From the IMG/VR virus record IMGVR_UViG_3300027762_000003, positions 1 to 64,000 of that record: a stretch of DNA of 64,000 nucleotides; one strand, written 5' to 3'. The stretch is from a virus. The translations under genes and the position numbers were made by a program. The number at the start of each line of letters is the position of its first letter. Within the stretch, counting starts at the first letter, position 1. Positions 47,705-55,637 of this stretch are shown piece by piece. Under the pieces are notes generated by a model, which was not told the DNA's origin, did not search any database, and saw only the letters and a list, made by a program, of their open reading frames with translations.

Positions 47705-48718
47705 ATGAAATACATCGTAACGACAAGATTTGCAGCGATCGCCCAGGTCAAAAAGTTCGCCATGGTAGATGGAACGGTGCCGGGATGGTTGGCAGCAAGT
47801 GGTGATGACTTGCACTATGATCACCACCGGCCCGGCGGGGCGGATATCCAGATCTTGGAGATGGACACTGCTCCAATCCTGCGCGATACTGATGGTTATA
47901 CCATCGTAACGACGCAAATAGACGCGGATGCCTGCGTAGCGGCGGCATGGCTTCAGCTTAACGAAGATGAACGTCAGGTTAACCTGCGGAAATTATCGGC
48001 GATCGCCTATGACTGCGACCACCTTGCAGTTCCCAGTTACCTTGCTAACCTTTCGAGCTTCGCAGCGCAAGCAGTCGCTGCCATGAAGACCGGTTCATCA
48101 AGCCTAGTTAAGGAACTAGACTTGCCCGCCGACCGTAAGGGGTGGAGCGTCCTAGACAAGGAGGAGTACGCTTCTAAAGCGTTTGAGGCTGGCACACAAG
48201 CTATCCTTGACGCTTGCCGGGGAATTGCCCCATGGCCAGGAGAAAATGGGGAAGCGTCTGGGTACTGGCAGACCGTTGAGAAAAATGTTCAAATGATTTT
48301 GGATGGCGATCGGGTAAGCCTTTACAAAGGTTGCTTGATCTTTGATGGGAAAGGGCTTCAAGGGAAGTATATCGATCCAAGGTGCTGGTTACGGGCAGCG
48401 CAAGCAATGGGTATCCGCGACGATGCACCCTTGCAGTCTCGGACGCTTTGCCCTATAACCCTTACTCAAAGGGAGGTTTACATTGAGGATACCTTCCAGG
48501 GTTACTCTTACACCATCGGGTGTATACCGTTCCATCCCAAGCTCAACGAACTCGACTTCACCAGTGGGACATTTGATGCGCTTACTAAAGCGGAAAAATC
48601 AATTAATCCCCATGCTGATGGGTGGGGAGGACGCAAGACAGTTGGCGGATCTGGGTGGAATACTCCATCTAACCTTTCGCCGCAGGAAATTATTGATATA
48701 GCTGTTAAATGTTTTTAG
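47705..48718 (+). CDS. DHH-like phosphoesterase/nuclease
   Basis: MVDG, YDHH, QIDADA, YDCD acidic motifs and C-terminal WGGRKTVGGS. Confidence 0.6.
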   Translation: MKYIVTTRFAAIAQVKKFAMVDGTVPGWLAASGDDLHYDHHRPGGADIQILEMDTAPILRDTDGYTIVTTQIDADACVAAAWLQLNEDERQVNLRKLSAIAYDCDHLAVPSYLANLSSFAAQAVAAMKTGSSSLVKELDLPADRKGWSVLDKEEYASKAFEAGTQAILDACRGIAPWPGENGEASGYWQTVEKNVQMILDGDRVSLYKGCLIFDGKGLQGKYIDPRCWLRAAQAMGIRDDAPLQSRTLCPITLTQREVYIEDTFQGYSYTIGCIPFHPKLNELDFTSGTFDALTKAEKSINPHADGWGGRKTVGGSGWNTPSNLSPQEIIDIAVKCF

Positions 48719-48795
48719 GAGGAGAACAGGGAAATCTTTTCCAAGATATGGAAAGGCATCCATTGGGAAGTCCTTTCTCCTAAAACTTAATCCAC

Positions 48796-48839
48796 TTAAC
48801 TAAAAAGCACCGGTAAAAAAACCGGTGCTTTTTAGTTAA
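48796..48839. terminator. Perfect 19-bp inverted repeat, bidirectional terminator
   Basis: TTAACTAAAAAGCACCGGT-AAAAAA-ACCGGTGCTTTTTAGTTAA. Confidence 0.85.
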
Positions 48840-48846
48840 ACTTGAA

Positions 48847-49437
48847 GTGCAATCCAAGGAAGCAAAAACAAGGATCAAAGTGTACCGATTTTACGGAATG
48901 CCAGCAACTACGGAACCCAGGTATGGATTAATTTCGGCCATATCTTATGCAGTATTGATCTGCCGAGATCGTCGTCGAAGTCAGCTTCAAGGGACTAGCT
49001 TCTGGGAGCGATTTCACAAGTGTGTCTATGATGCTGGAATCAGATCGACTAATCTCCTGGAGTATCCAGCACTCCTATGCCAAGGGGTGAGTTCAGACTT
49101 AACCCAGGCTATCCTCAAGGGATTGTCCATCCCTCTATCCGAATGCCCTGATATTCACCTCCCCATCCTCCCCACTGGAGAAGCGGGGGACTTGTTCACC
49201 CCCAACCAGTCCCCACTACTGACAGCCTATTGGGTAGAGACCGTGGCTAAATGCTGCAAACTCCACGGATATACAGAAGAGGATATTCTGGAAATTCCTA
49301 GGGATATCACCAAGTCGCAATGGGTAGCGGTCTCTTGTCGGGTCAGAAGAGAGGAGGATAAGGAGATAGCCAAGGTTAATAGTGATCGAGCCAAGGCACT
49401 GGAAGAATTGGAAACAATTGAAGTCGAGGTAAGTTAA
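48847..49437 (+). CDS. cas11: Type IV-B small subunit (Cas11-like); start may be ATG 48898
   Basis: Helical protein immediately upstream of csf2; FWERF...STNLLEY..LLC pattern; the call is mostly positional. Confidence 0.55.
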   Translation: MQSKEAKTRIKVYRFYGMPATTEPRYGLISAISYAVLICRDRRRSQLQGTSFWERFHKCVYDAGIRSTNLLEYPALLCQGVSSDLTQAILKGLSIPLSECPDIHLPILPTGEAGDLFTPNQSPLLTAYWVETVAKCCKLHGYTEEDILEIPRDITKSQWVAVSCRVRREEDKEIAKVNSDRAKALEELETIEVEVS

Positions 49438-49439
49438 TA

Positions 49440-50603
49440 ATGGACTACGATATCCACGATCGCCGTCACGTCACTTATCACTGTGTATTCGATCTGCTCT
49501 CCCCCTTGAGCCACATTGGGGAAACTCTCGGTGGTAGCAATATCACCGTACTTAAACAAGCCAAACGCATCGCCATTGATGGGAGGGAGCGATCTCACTT
49601 CGTTTTTTCTTCCAACGCATTCAGAAACGCCATATTTAGACGCAAGGGATTTGGATTTACCCTTGACGGATTAGGCGTGCAAGTTGACCCCACCACCCAT
49701 CACACCCTTTTTGCAGGAGGGCGGATCGACTCCGGGACAGTTGCCAATATCGAGCTTGAAGACCAGTTTCGGCGCTGGCTTCCTGGCTTATCCGTACTCG
49801 GAACCGCCAAACCTAAAGACATGGGAGGGGAGAAAGGCTCCCAGATGATTAGTGGGCGGCTATCCGTAGGTGATGCTGTTCTTGTTTGTTACGAAACTAT
49901 TAATTACATTTATCAGCAAGCGCCTGGATTGATTCCCTATTCAATTTACTCATCCGTCAAGCGGATTATGGAGGCAAGGGAGGCGATCACTGCCGATATT
50001 TTTTCGCAACCGTCTCCAGAGGCGAGCGCTGCTTATGAGAAAGCACTGGAGGAGGAGCTACCCAAAATCAAGCAGCACTTGAAATCCTCTACTGCGTGCA
50101 TTTCCACTAATCGCTTCTATCGCCGCGATAGCGAGAGTGATCCTGATTTAGTGAAATACCTGAAAGCGCCTGAGCAGAAACTCATCGGCACTATCCCCGG
50201 ACTTACGGAGGAAAAAAAGAAGCCGGTAGCAGAGAAACAGGAGTCTCGATTCATGGGAGACGACCACTTGATTGCTCCAGGCAACCAACTCTATAGCCGG
50301 ATGGACATGCACGGCACGACTGTAGAGGAAGGATTTCTCTGTGCAGCGCTCCTAGAATTCGCCAAGCACCCTTATATAGGTGGTAAATCGAATCGAGGTA
50401 ATGGGCACGTAAACTTGAGGATAAATTACAAGGATCACACCATAGGGGAATCGGGAATATTGCTTTCGGTGGGAACCGACTACCAGCAATTAAGCGATCG
50501 CGCTCAAGAGAATTACCGTCGGTATTGTAATCATTTGGAGGAATTTAAGCACCATCTGGAATCCGCAGATTCTATGCCTAGACATCTTTTAGGAGGGAAA
50601 TAA
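49440..50603 (+). CDS. csf2: Type IV CRISPR backbone RAMP Csf2 (Cas7 family)
   Basis: LLSPLSHIGE, FSSNAFRN..RR, TLFAGG, LSVLG, GRLSVG, G-loop IGGKSNRGNG. Confidence 0.88.
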   Translation: MDYDIHDRRHVTYHCVFDLLSPLSHIGETLGGSNITVLKQAKRIAIDGRERSHFVFSSNAFRNAIFRRKGFGFTLDGLGVQVDPTTHHTLFAGGRIDSGTVANIELEDQFRRWLPGLSVLGTAKPKDMGGEKGSQMISGRLSVGDAVLVCYETINYIYQQAPGLIPYSIYSSVKRIMEAREAITADIFSQPSPEASAAYEKALEEELPKIKQHLKSSTACISTNRFYRRDSESDPDLVKYLKAPEQKLIGTIPGLTEEKKKPVAEKQESRFMGDDHLIAPGNQLYSRMDMHGTTVEEGFLCAALLEFAKHPYIGGKSNRGNGHVNLRINYKDHTIGESGILLSVGTDYQQLSDRAQENYRRYCNHLEEFKHHLESADSMPRHLLGGK

Positions 50604-50609
50604 ATAGAA

Positions 50610-51296
50610 ATGGAACCCATACAGATTACCGCTTGGATGAGTAGCGCGATCGCGCTGCCCGACGATTGGTCGCCCGACTTGGTGGGCATAGTGATCGCTA
50701 CCATATTTGATAAAGATCCTCGCCCTTTTCAAGAGGATTTATCCACACTTGAGGGGGTTCCCTTTGCTAAAACCGATTTAGGTTCCCCTCTACTTTGGTA
50801 TTTTGCCTGCTCGTCCCCTTGCTACGAGCTACTTAGTGAAGAGGTGACCCGTTTCCGAAAACGCTGGGACGCTGATGACGGTCGGGTTAGCTGGGGTAAG
50901 CGCAAGCCCCAATTTAACGCATCGGAGGGGAGTGAGAAAAATTATGATCTCCCTCTTCCTCTCAGGGGAATGGAGCGGATCGATTGGTTCGCCATTGGAG
51001 ATATCGGAGGCGCAGAGCGACTGCTCAAGCAAGTCACCCACCTAGGGAAAAAACGGAAAGGGGTTGTGGCGCGGTGGGTGGTGAAGGCAATCGCTCACGA
51101 CTGGCATCTGTACCGCAACAACGAGCTAATGCGTCCTATCCCTATTAGCTGCAAGCGTCCCGAATGTCTTTCATACGGCATTCGGGATTGGGGATGGCGG
51201 CCCCCAATCTGGCTACCTAAGAATAAGGAGCGGTGTGCCATGCCGGTAATCACAGTAATCAAGCCATGGATGAACAATCAAGAGCAAGCTTTTTAG
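50610..51296 (+). CDS. csf3: Type IV CRISPR RAMP Csf3 (Cas5 family)
   Basis: MEPIQITAW, WYFACS, IDWFAIGD...LLKQVTHLGKKR.G.V..W.V, LMRPIP, WRPPIW. Confidence 0.85.
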   Translation: MEPIQITAWMSSAIALPDDWSPDLVGIVIATIFDKDPRPFQEDLSTLEGVPFAKTDLGSPLLWYFACSSPCYELLSEEVTRFRKRWDADDGRVSWGKRKPQFNASEGSEKNYDLPLPLRGMERIDWFAIGDIGGAERLLKQVTHLGKKRKGVVARWVVKAIAHDWHLYRNNELMRPIPISCKRPECLSYGIRDWGWRPPIWLPKNKERCAMPVITVIKPWMNNQEQAF

Positions 51297-51958
51297 GATG
51301 GACTCAACTCCCTCGATTTAAGAAAAGAGTGGAGGAAGCCAAGCGAACCATCAATGAGGCACTGGCGATCGCTCCCTCCTATGTTGCGGTTAGTTGGGGA
51401 AAAGATAGCACCGTACTACTCCACCTGTGCCAACAAATCGATCCGAATATCAAGGCTATTTCACTAGGGAATCCGGATCGCTCTTTTTGTGGCTATGAGC
51501 AGGTAATTTCGGACTACTGCGATCGCTTCCCAACCAATCTCGAAACAATCGAAATAGAGGGAGATCACGTTCCCGACAAACTCAAGCAACTGCGACTGTG
51601 GGAGCGGTATCCTATGGCGATCGTAGGAGTACGGAAAGAGGAATCGCAATATCGCTCGATGGCTATTTCTCGTTATGGGCTGATCTACCAATTCACCAAT
51701 GGCGAAAAGGAGGGAAGTTGGAGGTGCTTTCCTTTGGGATATTGGGGATGGCAAGATGTCTGGGGTTATATAGTGCAGCACGATTTACCTTATCTGAGTG
51801 CCTACGATCGCCAATCTTGGGAAAGGGGAAGGACGACTGACCATTTGAGTAAAAGCACTAAAAAGCGATGGCAGCGTACCCGATTAGAGGGATTAGCGTC
51901 CATCGCTCCTGAATACTATCAGTATTTGCTCAAGCAATACCCAGAAATGTTCAACTAG
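51266..51958 (+). CDS. cysH: PAPS-reductase-family (CysH-like) protein of type IV-B
   Basis: VAVSWGKDSTVL PP-loop, GVRKEES..R, PLGYWGWQDVWGYI..HDLPY. Confidence 0.9.
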   Translation: MDEQSRASFLGWTQLPRFKKRVEEAKRTINEALAIAPSYVAVSWGKDSTVLLHLCQQIDPNIKAISLGNPDRSFCGYEQVISDYCDRFPTNLETIEIEGDHVPDKLKQLRLWERYPMAIVGVRKEESQYRSMAISRYGLIYQFTNGEKEGSWRCFPLGYWGWQDVWGYIVQHDLPYLSAYDRQSWERGRTTDHLSKSTKKRWQRTRLEGLASIAPEYYQYLLKQYPEMFN

Positions 51959-52283
51959 CTAGGACAAAATCGACCCCATTAGGGGTTACAATCCCATCCC
52001 CGTAGCTGACCGAAATAAACTCCAACCCTTCATGTCCAATATCGGAAAATCCATGAACTTGCCCGGATTCCTTATGGTAAAGATCCCCCTTCTTTATCTG
52101 GTGATTTTTGTCTCCATCAAACCAGATCCCACTTCCTCTTAGGATTTGGATACTACAGGGTACTTCGTGACTATGGGGAGGGACTTCACCACCCTCTTCT
52201 ATCCTCACCAGGAGGACTTGAGTATTGTAGCGATTGAAGATATTTTGAACGGTTGTTTTCTTGCACTCGTCAATCTCAAACAT
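51951..52283 (-). CDS. Cupin-domain protein
   Basis: GGEVPPHSH...ILRGSG...KKGDL....GQVHGF. Confidence 0.88.
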   Translation of the reverse strand: MFEIDECKKTTVQNIFNRYNTQVLLVRIEEGGEVPPHSHEVPCSIQILRGSGIWFDGDKNHQIKKGDLYHKESGQVHGFSDIGHEGLEFISVSYGDGIVTPNGVDFVLAS

Positions 52284-52320
52284 ACACTAATCCAATTTTG
52301 TTGACCCATCTATTTTAACC

Positions 52321-52995
52321 ATGAATTACTGTTATCTGTGCGGGAAAGACGGAGATCGCCCATTAGATCTTCCCAAAACATTCACCGCCCATAACCTAGC
52401 CAAAAACCCCACGTCTGACGTACTCTGTGATCGCTGTTACGGGACGATTGCAGGTGACGAAAAACAGCTCTACTACTGGAACGAGAACAAGAATCCGCCT
52501 GCATGGTCAAAGTTATGGGGGCGATCGCTCTCCAGGCTTTACGTGGGAGAAGAACTGAGATCACCCATCATCGAAGGAGAGCGGGAAGGTACGGCGATCG
52601 TCCACTCTTTACCCACTCGTGTAGAAATCCGGCAATGGCTCATCAATCCACCTGAGCCACCATTTACAATCGCCATCTCGGTTTCAGGGCAAAAGCATAT
52701 TTTACCTTTTGCCCAAGAAGCGCATGATAGAGAGCGGTTTCCGATTCGATTTGAGTTAACCTCTTTGGAGGTCAACCGCCAAGAATTCACTCGCCTACTC
52801 GCTAATTTTGAAATGCTTTACGACATGGGATTGACTAAAGCGGAAATCCTTAAAGGCAATTACAGTGTGTCACGAGTGGCGGCGATTCCTTATGCGGATT
52901 TCCTGAAAAGAGAGGAGGAGATCGCGCAGTACCGTGGCACTGACCTGCTAGAGTTGGCGGCGTTTGTAGCGCAAAAGGAAGGGGCGATCGAGTAG
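52321..52995 (+). CDS. csf1: Type IV CRISPR large subunit Csf1 (Cas8-like)
   Basis: CYLCG...FT......SDVLCDRC Zn finger, LINPPEPPF, SGQKHIL. Confidence 0.85.
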   Translation: MNYCYLCGKDGDRPLDLPKTFTAHNLAKNPTSDVLCDRCYGTIAGDEKQLYYWNENKNPPAWSKLWGRSLSRLYVGEELRSPIIEGEREGTAIVHSLPTRVEIRQWLINPPEPPFTIAISVSGQKHILPFAQEAHDRERFPIRFELTSLEVNRQEFTRLLANFEMLYDMGLTKAEILKGNYSVSRVAAIPYADFLKREEEIAQYRGTDLLELAAFVAQKEGAIE

Positions 52996-53045
52996 GGTAA
53001 AGGTGATCGTGGATTTGTTGTATAAATCGATTTGATTAACGACTT

Positions 53046-53072
53046 AAACGCTAGTCGAAACCAGCGTTTTTT
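53046..53072. terminator. Terminator after csf1
   Basis: AAACGCT...AGCGTTTTTT. Confidence 0.6.
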
Positions 53073-53075
53073 GTG

Positions 53076-54965
53076 TTAAAAATTAGTAGATCTCAATAAC
53101 TCCAGTTCCCTCTCGCGTTTCTTACCTTCAATTAACTGCTGACTAAAATACTCATACTCTTTTAAGTCGAGCTTGACATTGATTTTCGCTATCTGTTCAG
53201 TAGCGTATTGAATGCGCTTTTTGCAGATCAATTTTTCCACAGTTAACACCGCTTTCTCGATTGAAAGAATAGGCTTTTGAATATCCGATAAGTGTTTTTC
53301 CTGTAGGCATAATAATCTGTGGTACTGCTCACCAGCCTCTATGTATTCCAGTTCACTTTGCAGCCTAGAGATTAAATCGGTAGAGTCTATGGGCAGGCTT
53401 TCTTGTAATTCCTTGATCTGATTCCAGAGCGCTTGATGGTGGGGATACTGGAACGAGAGACGACGATCTCTCACAACCCGCAAGAAATAATCACGCGCTT
53501 CAGGTGCGTGGAGGTAGATTCGCAAAATCAGACTCTCGGCTTCAAGTAGTAACCGGTCTTCTGGGTTGGACTCGATTTTGATTTTCGGAATACTGGGATT
53601 ACTTCTAGATTGGGGAATGTGGCGTAAGCGCTGCACTTGCCTTGCCAAGTCTGCGGTAATCAATTTGAGGCGATCGCTGTTACCCCGGCTTAGATACTCA
53701 CTACAGACCCCAATATAATAATTCCGCATAGTAGGGTCATCGATTTTGCTTAAGACTTTTACCCAAGCTTGCGCTACCTCTTGGAATTCGTGAGCAGAAC
53801 CGAGATCCTTACCTTTCATGGTTTGCTCAATCTGCCAGTCAATCCAGAGGGAAGCTTTCTGCACCAGGTCTAAATAGGCTTGATTTCCTGAAGATTTCAG
53901 AAACTCATCAGCATCTTTACTTTGGGGGAGACTAAGAATGCGAAGTTGGATTTGCCCTTGATAGACTAGATCCGCAATCTCTGAAATAGCGCGCCCTGTG
54001 GCCGTGGTTCCTGCTTGGTCGGTATCAAAATTGAGGATGATTACCTTGGAGTACCGAGCCAACCTCTTGATTTGGGAGCTACTCAATGCAGTACCCAAAG
54101 ACGCGACAGACTCGGAAACGCCGGAGGCATGGAGGGCAATCGCATCGAAGTAACCCTCGACCACAATAGTCCGATCCTGCTTGACGATCGCCTTCTTGGC
54201 TTTGTCGAGTCCAAACAGCAGATTCCCCTTTTCAAAGATGGGGGTTTCTGGAGAATTCAGATACTTTGGCTTTGCATCCCCTAACGCTCTTCCCCCGAAG
54301 CCCACAACCCGCCCCTGGATATCGCAAATGGGAATCATTAGGCGATCGCGGAACCGGTCATAATAACCAGAGGATTTGCGCTTAATCACCAACCCCGCTT
54401 TCTCAACCACGCTTACCGGATATCCCTTGACCTCTACCAAGTGGCGATAGAGGTCTTGCCACTCATTTGGTGCATAGCCCAATCCGAATCCCTGGATCGT
54501 CTCCCTGGACAAACCTCGCTGTTCCTGTAGGTAAGTTAGCGCTTTTGTCGCGTTGGGTTGATGTAGGGCATGTTGGAAAAAGTTGGCGGCGATCGCCATA
54601 ACCTCAAACAACTGTTCATTCAGGGATAACTGTCGTTGAAACTCCTTACTGTCCTGATTATCCATTGTGCGGATGGGGACTTCGTAGCGTTTTGCCAGAT
54701 CTAAGGCTACTTCCCCAAACGAGCGACTATCCAACTGTTTCAGGAAGCTAATGGCATCCCCACCCGCGCCACAGCCGAAGCAGTGAAAAACCTGCTTAGT
54801 CGGGCTAACGGTAAAGCTTGGACTCCTTTCGTCATGGAACGGACACAACCCGGCAAACTCACGCCCCTGTTTCTTCAGTACCACCCGCTCCGAGATGATC
54901 TCGACAATATCAATCCGTTGCTTGATTTCTTCAATGGTGTCGGGGTGGAGTCTAGGGATATTCAT
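53076..54965 (-). CDS. dnaG: DNA primase (cyanobacterial type)
   Basis: MNIPRLHPDTIEEIKQ start, GLCPFHDERSPSF, CFGCG, YDRFRDRLMIPI, KYLNSPET, VVEGYFD, FDTDQAG, KDADE. Confidence 0.97.
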   Translation of the reverse strand: MNIPRLHPDTIEEIKQRIDIVEIISERVVLKKQGREFAGLCPFHDERSPSFTVSPTKQVFHCFGCGAGGDAISFLKQLDSRSFGEVALDLAKRYEVPIRTMDNQDSKEFQRQLSLNEQLFEVMAIAANFFQHALHQPNATKALTYLQEQRGLSRETIQGFGLGYAPNEWQDLYRHLVEVKGYPVSVVEKAGLVIKRKSSGYYDRFRDRLMIPICDIQGRVVGFGGRALGDAKPKYLNSPETPIFEKGNLLFGLDKAKKAIVKQDRTIVVEGYFDAIALHASGVSESVASLGTALSSSQIKRLARYSKVIILNFDTDQAGTTATGRAISEIADLVYQGQIQLRILSLPQSKDADEFLKSSGNQAYLDLVQKASLWIDWQIEQTMKGKDLGSAHEFQEVAQAWVKVLSKIDDPTMRNYYIGVCSEYLSRGNSDRLKLITADLARQVQRLRHIPQSRSNPSIPKIKIESNPEDRLLLEAESLILRIYLHAPEARDYFLRVVRDRRLSFQYPHHQALWNQIKELQESLPIDSTDLISRLQSELEYIEAGEQYHRLLCLQEKHLSDIQKPILSIEKAVLTVEKLICKKRIQYATEQIAKINVKLDLKEYEYFSQQLIEGKKRERELELLRSTNF

Positions 54966-54988
54966 GGGAAGTCCGGAGGGCGATCGGG

Positions 54989-55060
54989 TATAATATAGAA
55001 GTGCCCCCGCGATGTAATCAGCAACCGAGGGCGTGACCCATCTAGAACAAGTAGACAGGT
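54989..55060 (+). promoter_or_regulatory. -10 box plus conserved structured leader (copy C)
   Basis: TATAAT...CCCCCGCG ATG TAATCAG CAA CCGAGGG CGTGACCCATCT AGAACAAGT AGA CAGGT ATG. Confidence 0.7.
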
Positions 55061-55204
55061 ATGAATAAGTTAAGATATTTTGACGGAATCCGCTATGGGG
55101 AATACCGCGATCTTGAGGTATTGGTTGGTCGTCTTTGGGGAGGGCGATCGGTAAATGTCCATAATGCCTACTCATGCCCGCCTATGTCGGTTTGTGTCCA
55201 TTGA
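55061..55204 (+). pseudogene. 47-aa ORF (MNKLRYFDGIRYGEYRDLEVLV...), probable truncated antirepressor-like gene
   Basis: Sits behind the conserved leader; its start ATGAATAAGTTA is identical to the BRO gene start. Confidence 0.4.
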
Positions 55205-55262
55205 TATGTCCGTATGTATTTGGCGTGCGATAATGGACGCATTAATTTAGTTATTTAGCCTT

Positions 55263-55637
55263 ATGGCAAAAAAATCTAGGTTCACCAACACTCAGAAGAG
55301 AACTATCTTAGTTGAGTCTGTCGCTCTTGGTGATAGTGCTACGGCAAAAAAATATAATATAGACCCTAAGACACTGTTTCGATGGCGAAAAGAGATAGAT
55401 CAAGAGGAGTTAGATAGAGCCATAGAAGAGGCTGGCCCATTTTCGACAGAATTCAACGAAACCCTCAAACTCTCCACTCAATTCCTGAATGAACTCCTGA
55501 AGAAGGCGATCGTTAATATCCAGAACATGAATGACCAAGGGGAGTCCAGGGCGATCGCCGCCTACCATGGATTATTTAAGGCGTGTGCCGATCTTAATAT
55601 CCTGAAAGAGTTAGAACGAGACTCAGAGGATGATTAG
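55263..55637 (+). CDS. Probable terminase small subunit
   Basis: HTH (DSATAKKYNIDPKTLFRWRK), overlaps the terminase large subunit. Confidence 0.65.
   Translation: MAKKSRFTNTQKRTILVESVALGDSATAKKYNIDPKTLFRWRKEIDQEELDRAIEEAGPFSTEFNETLKLSTQFLNELLKKAIVNIQNMNDQGESRAIAAYHGLFKACADLNILKELERDSEDD

Noticed and set aside
51266-51958. Sulfate-assimilation auxiliary gene or DndC phosphorothioation system
   Set aside because: It lacks the C-terminal ECGLH motif of true CysH, there are no other cys or dnd genes, and it overlaps csf3, i.e. a type IV-B context
54966-55175. 70-aa N-terminal extension of DnaG
   Set aside because: The typical cyanobacterial start MNIPRLHP is at 54965; the extension is antisense to a promoter and leader
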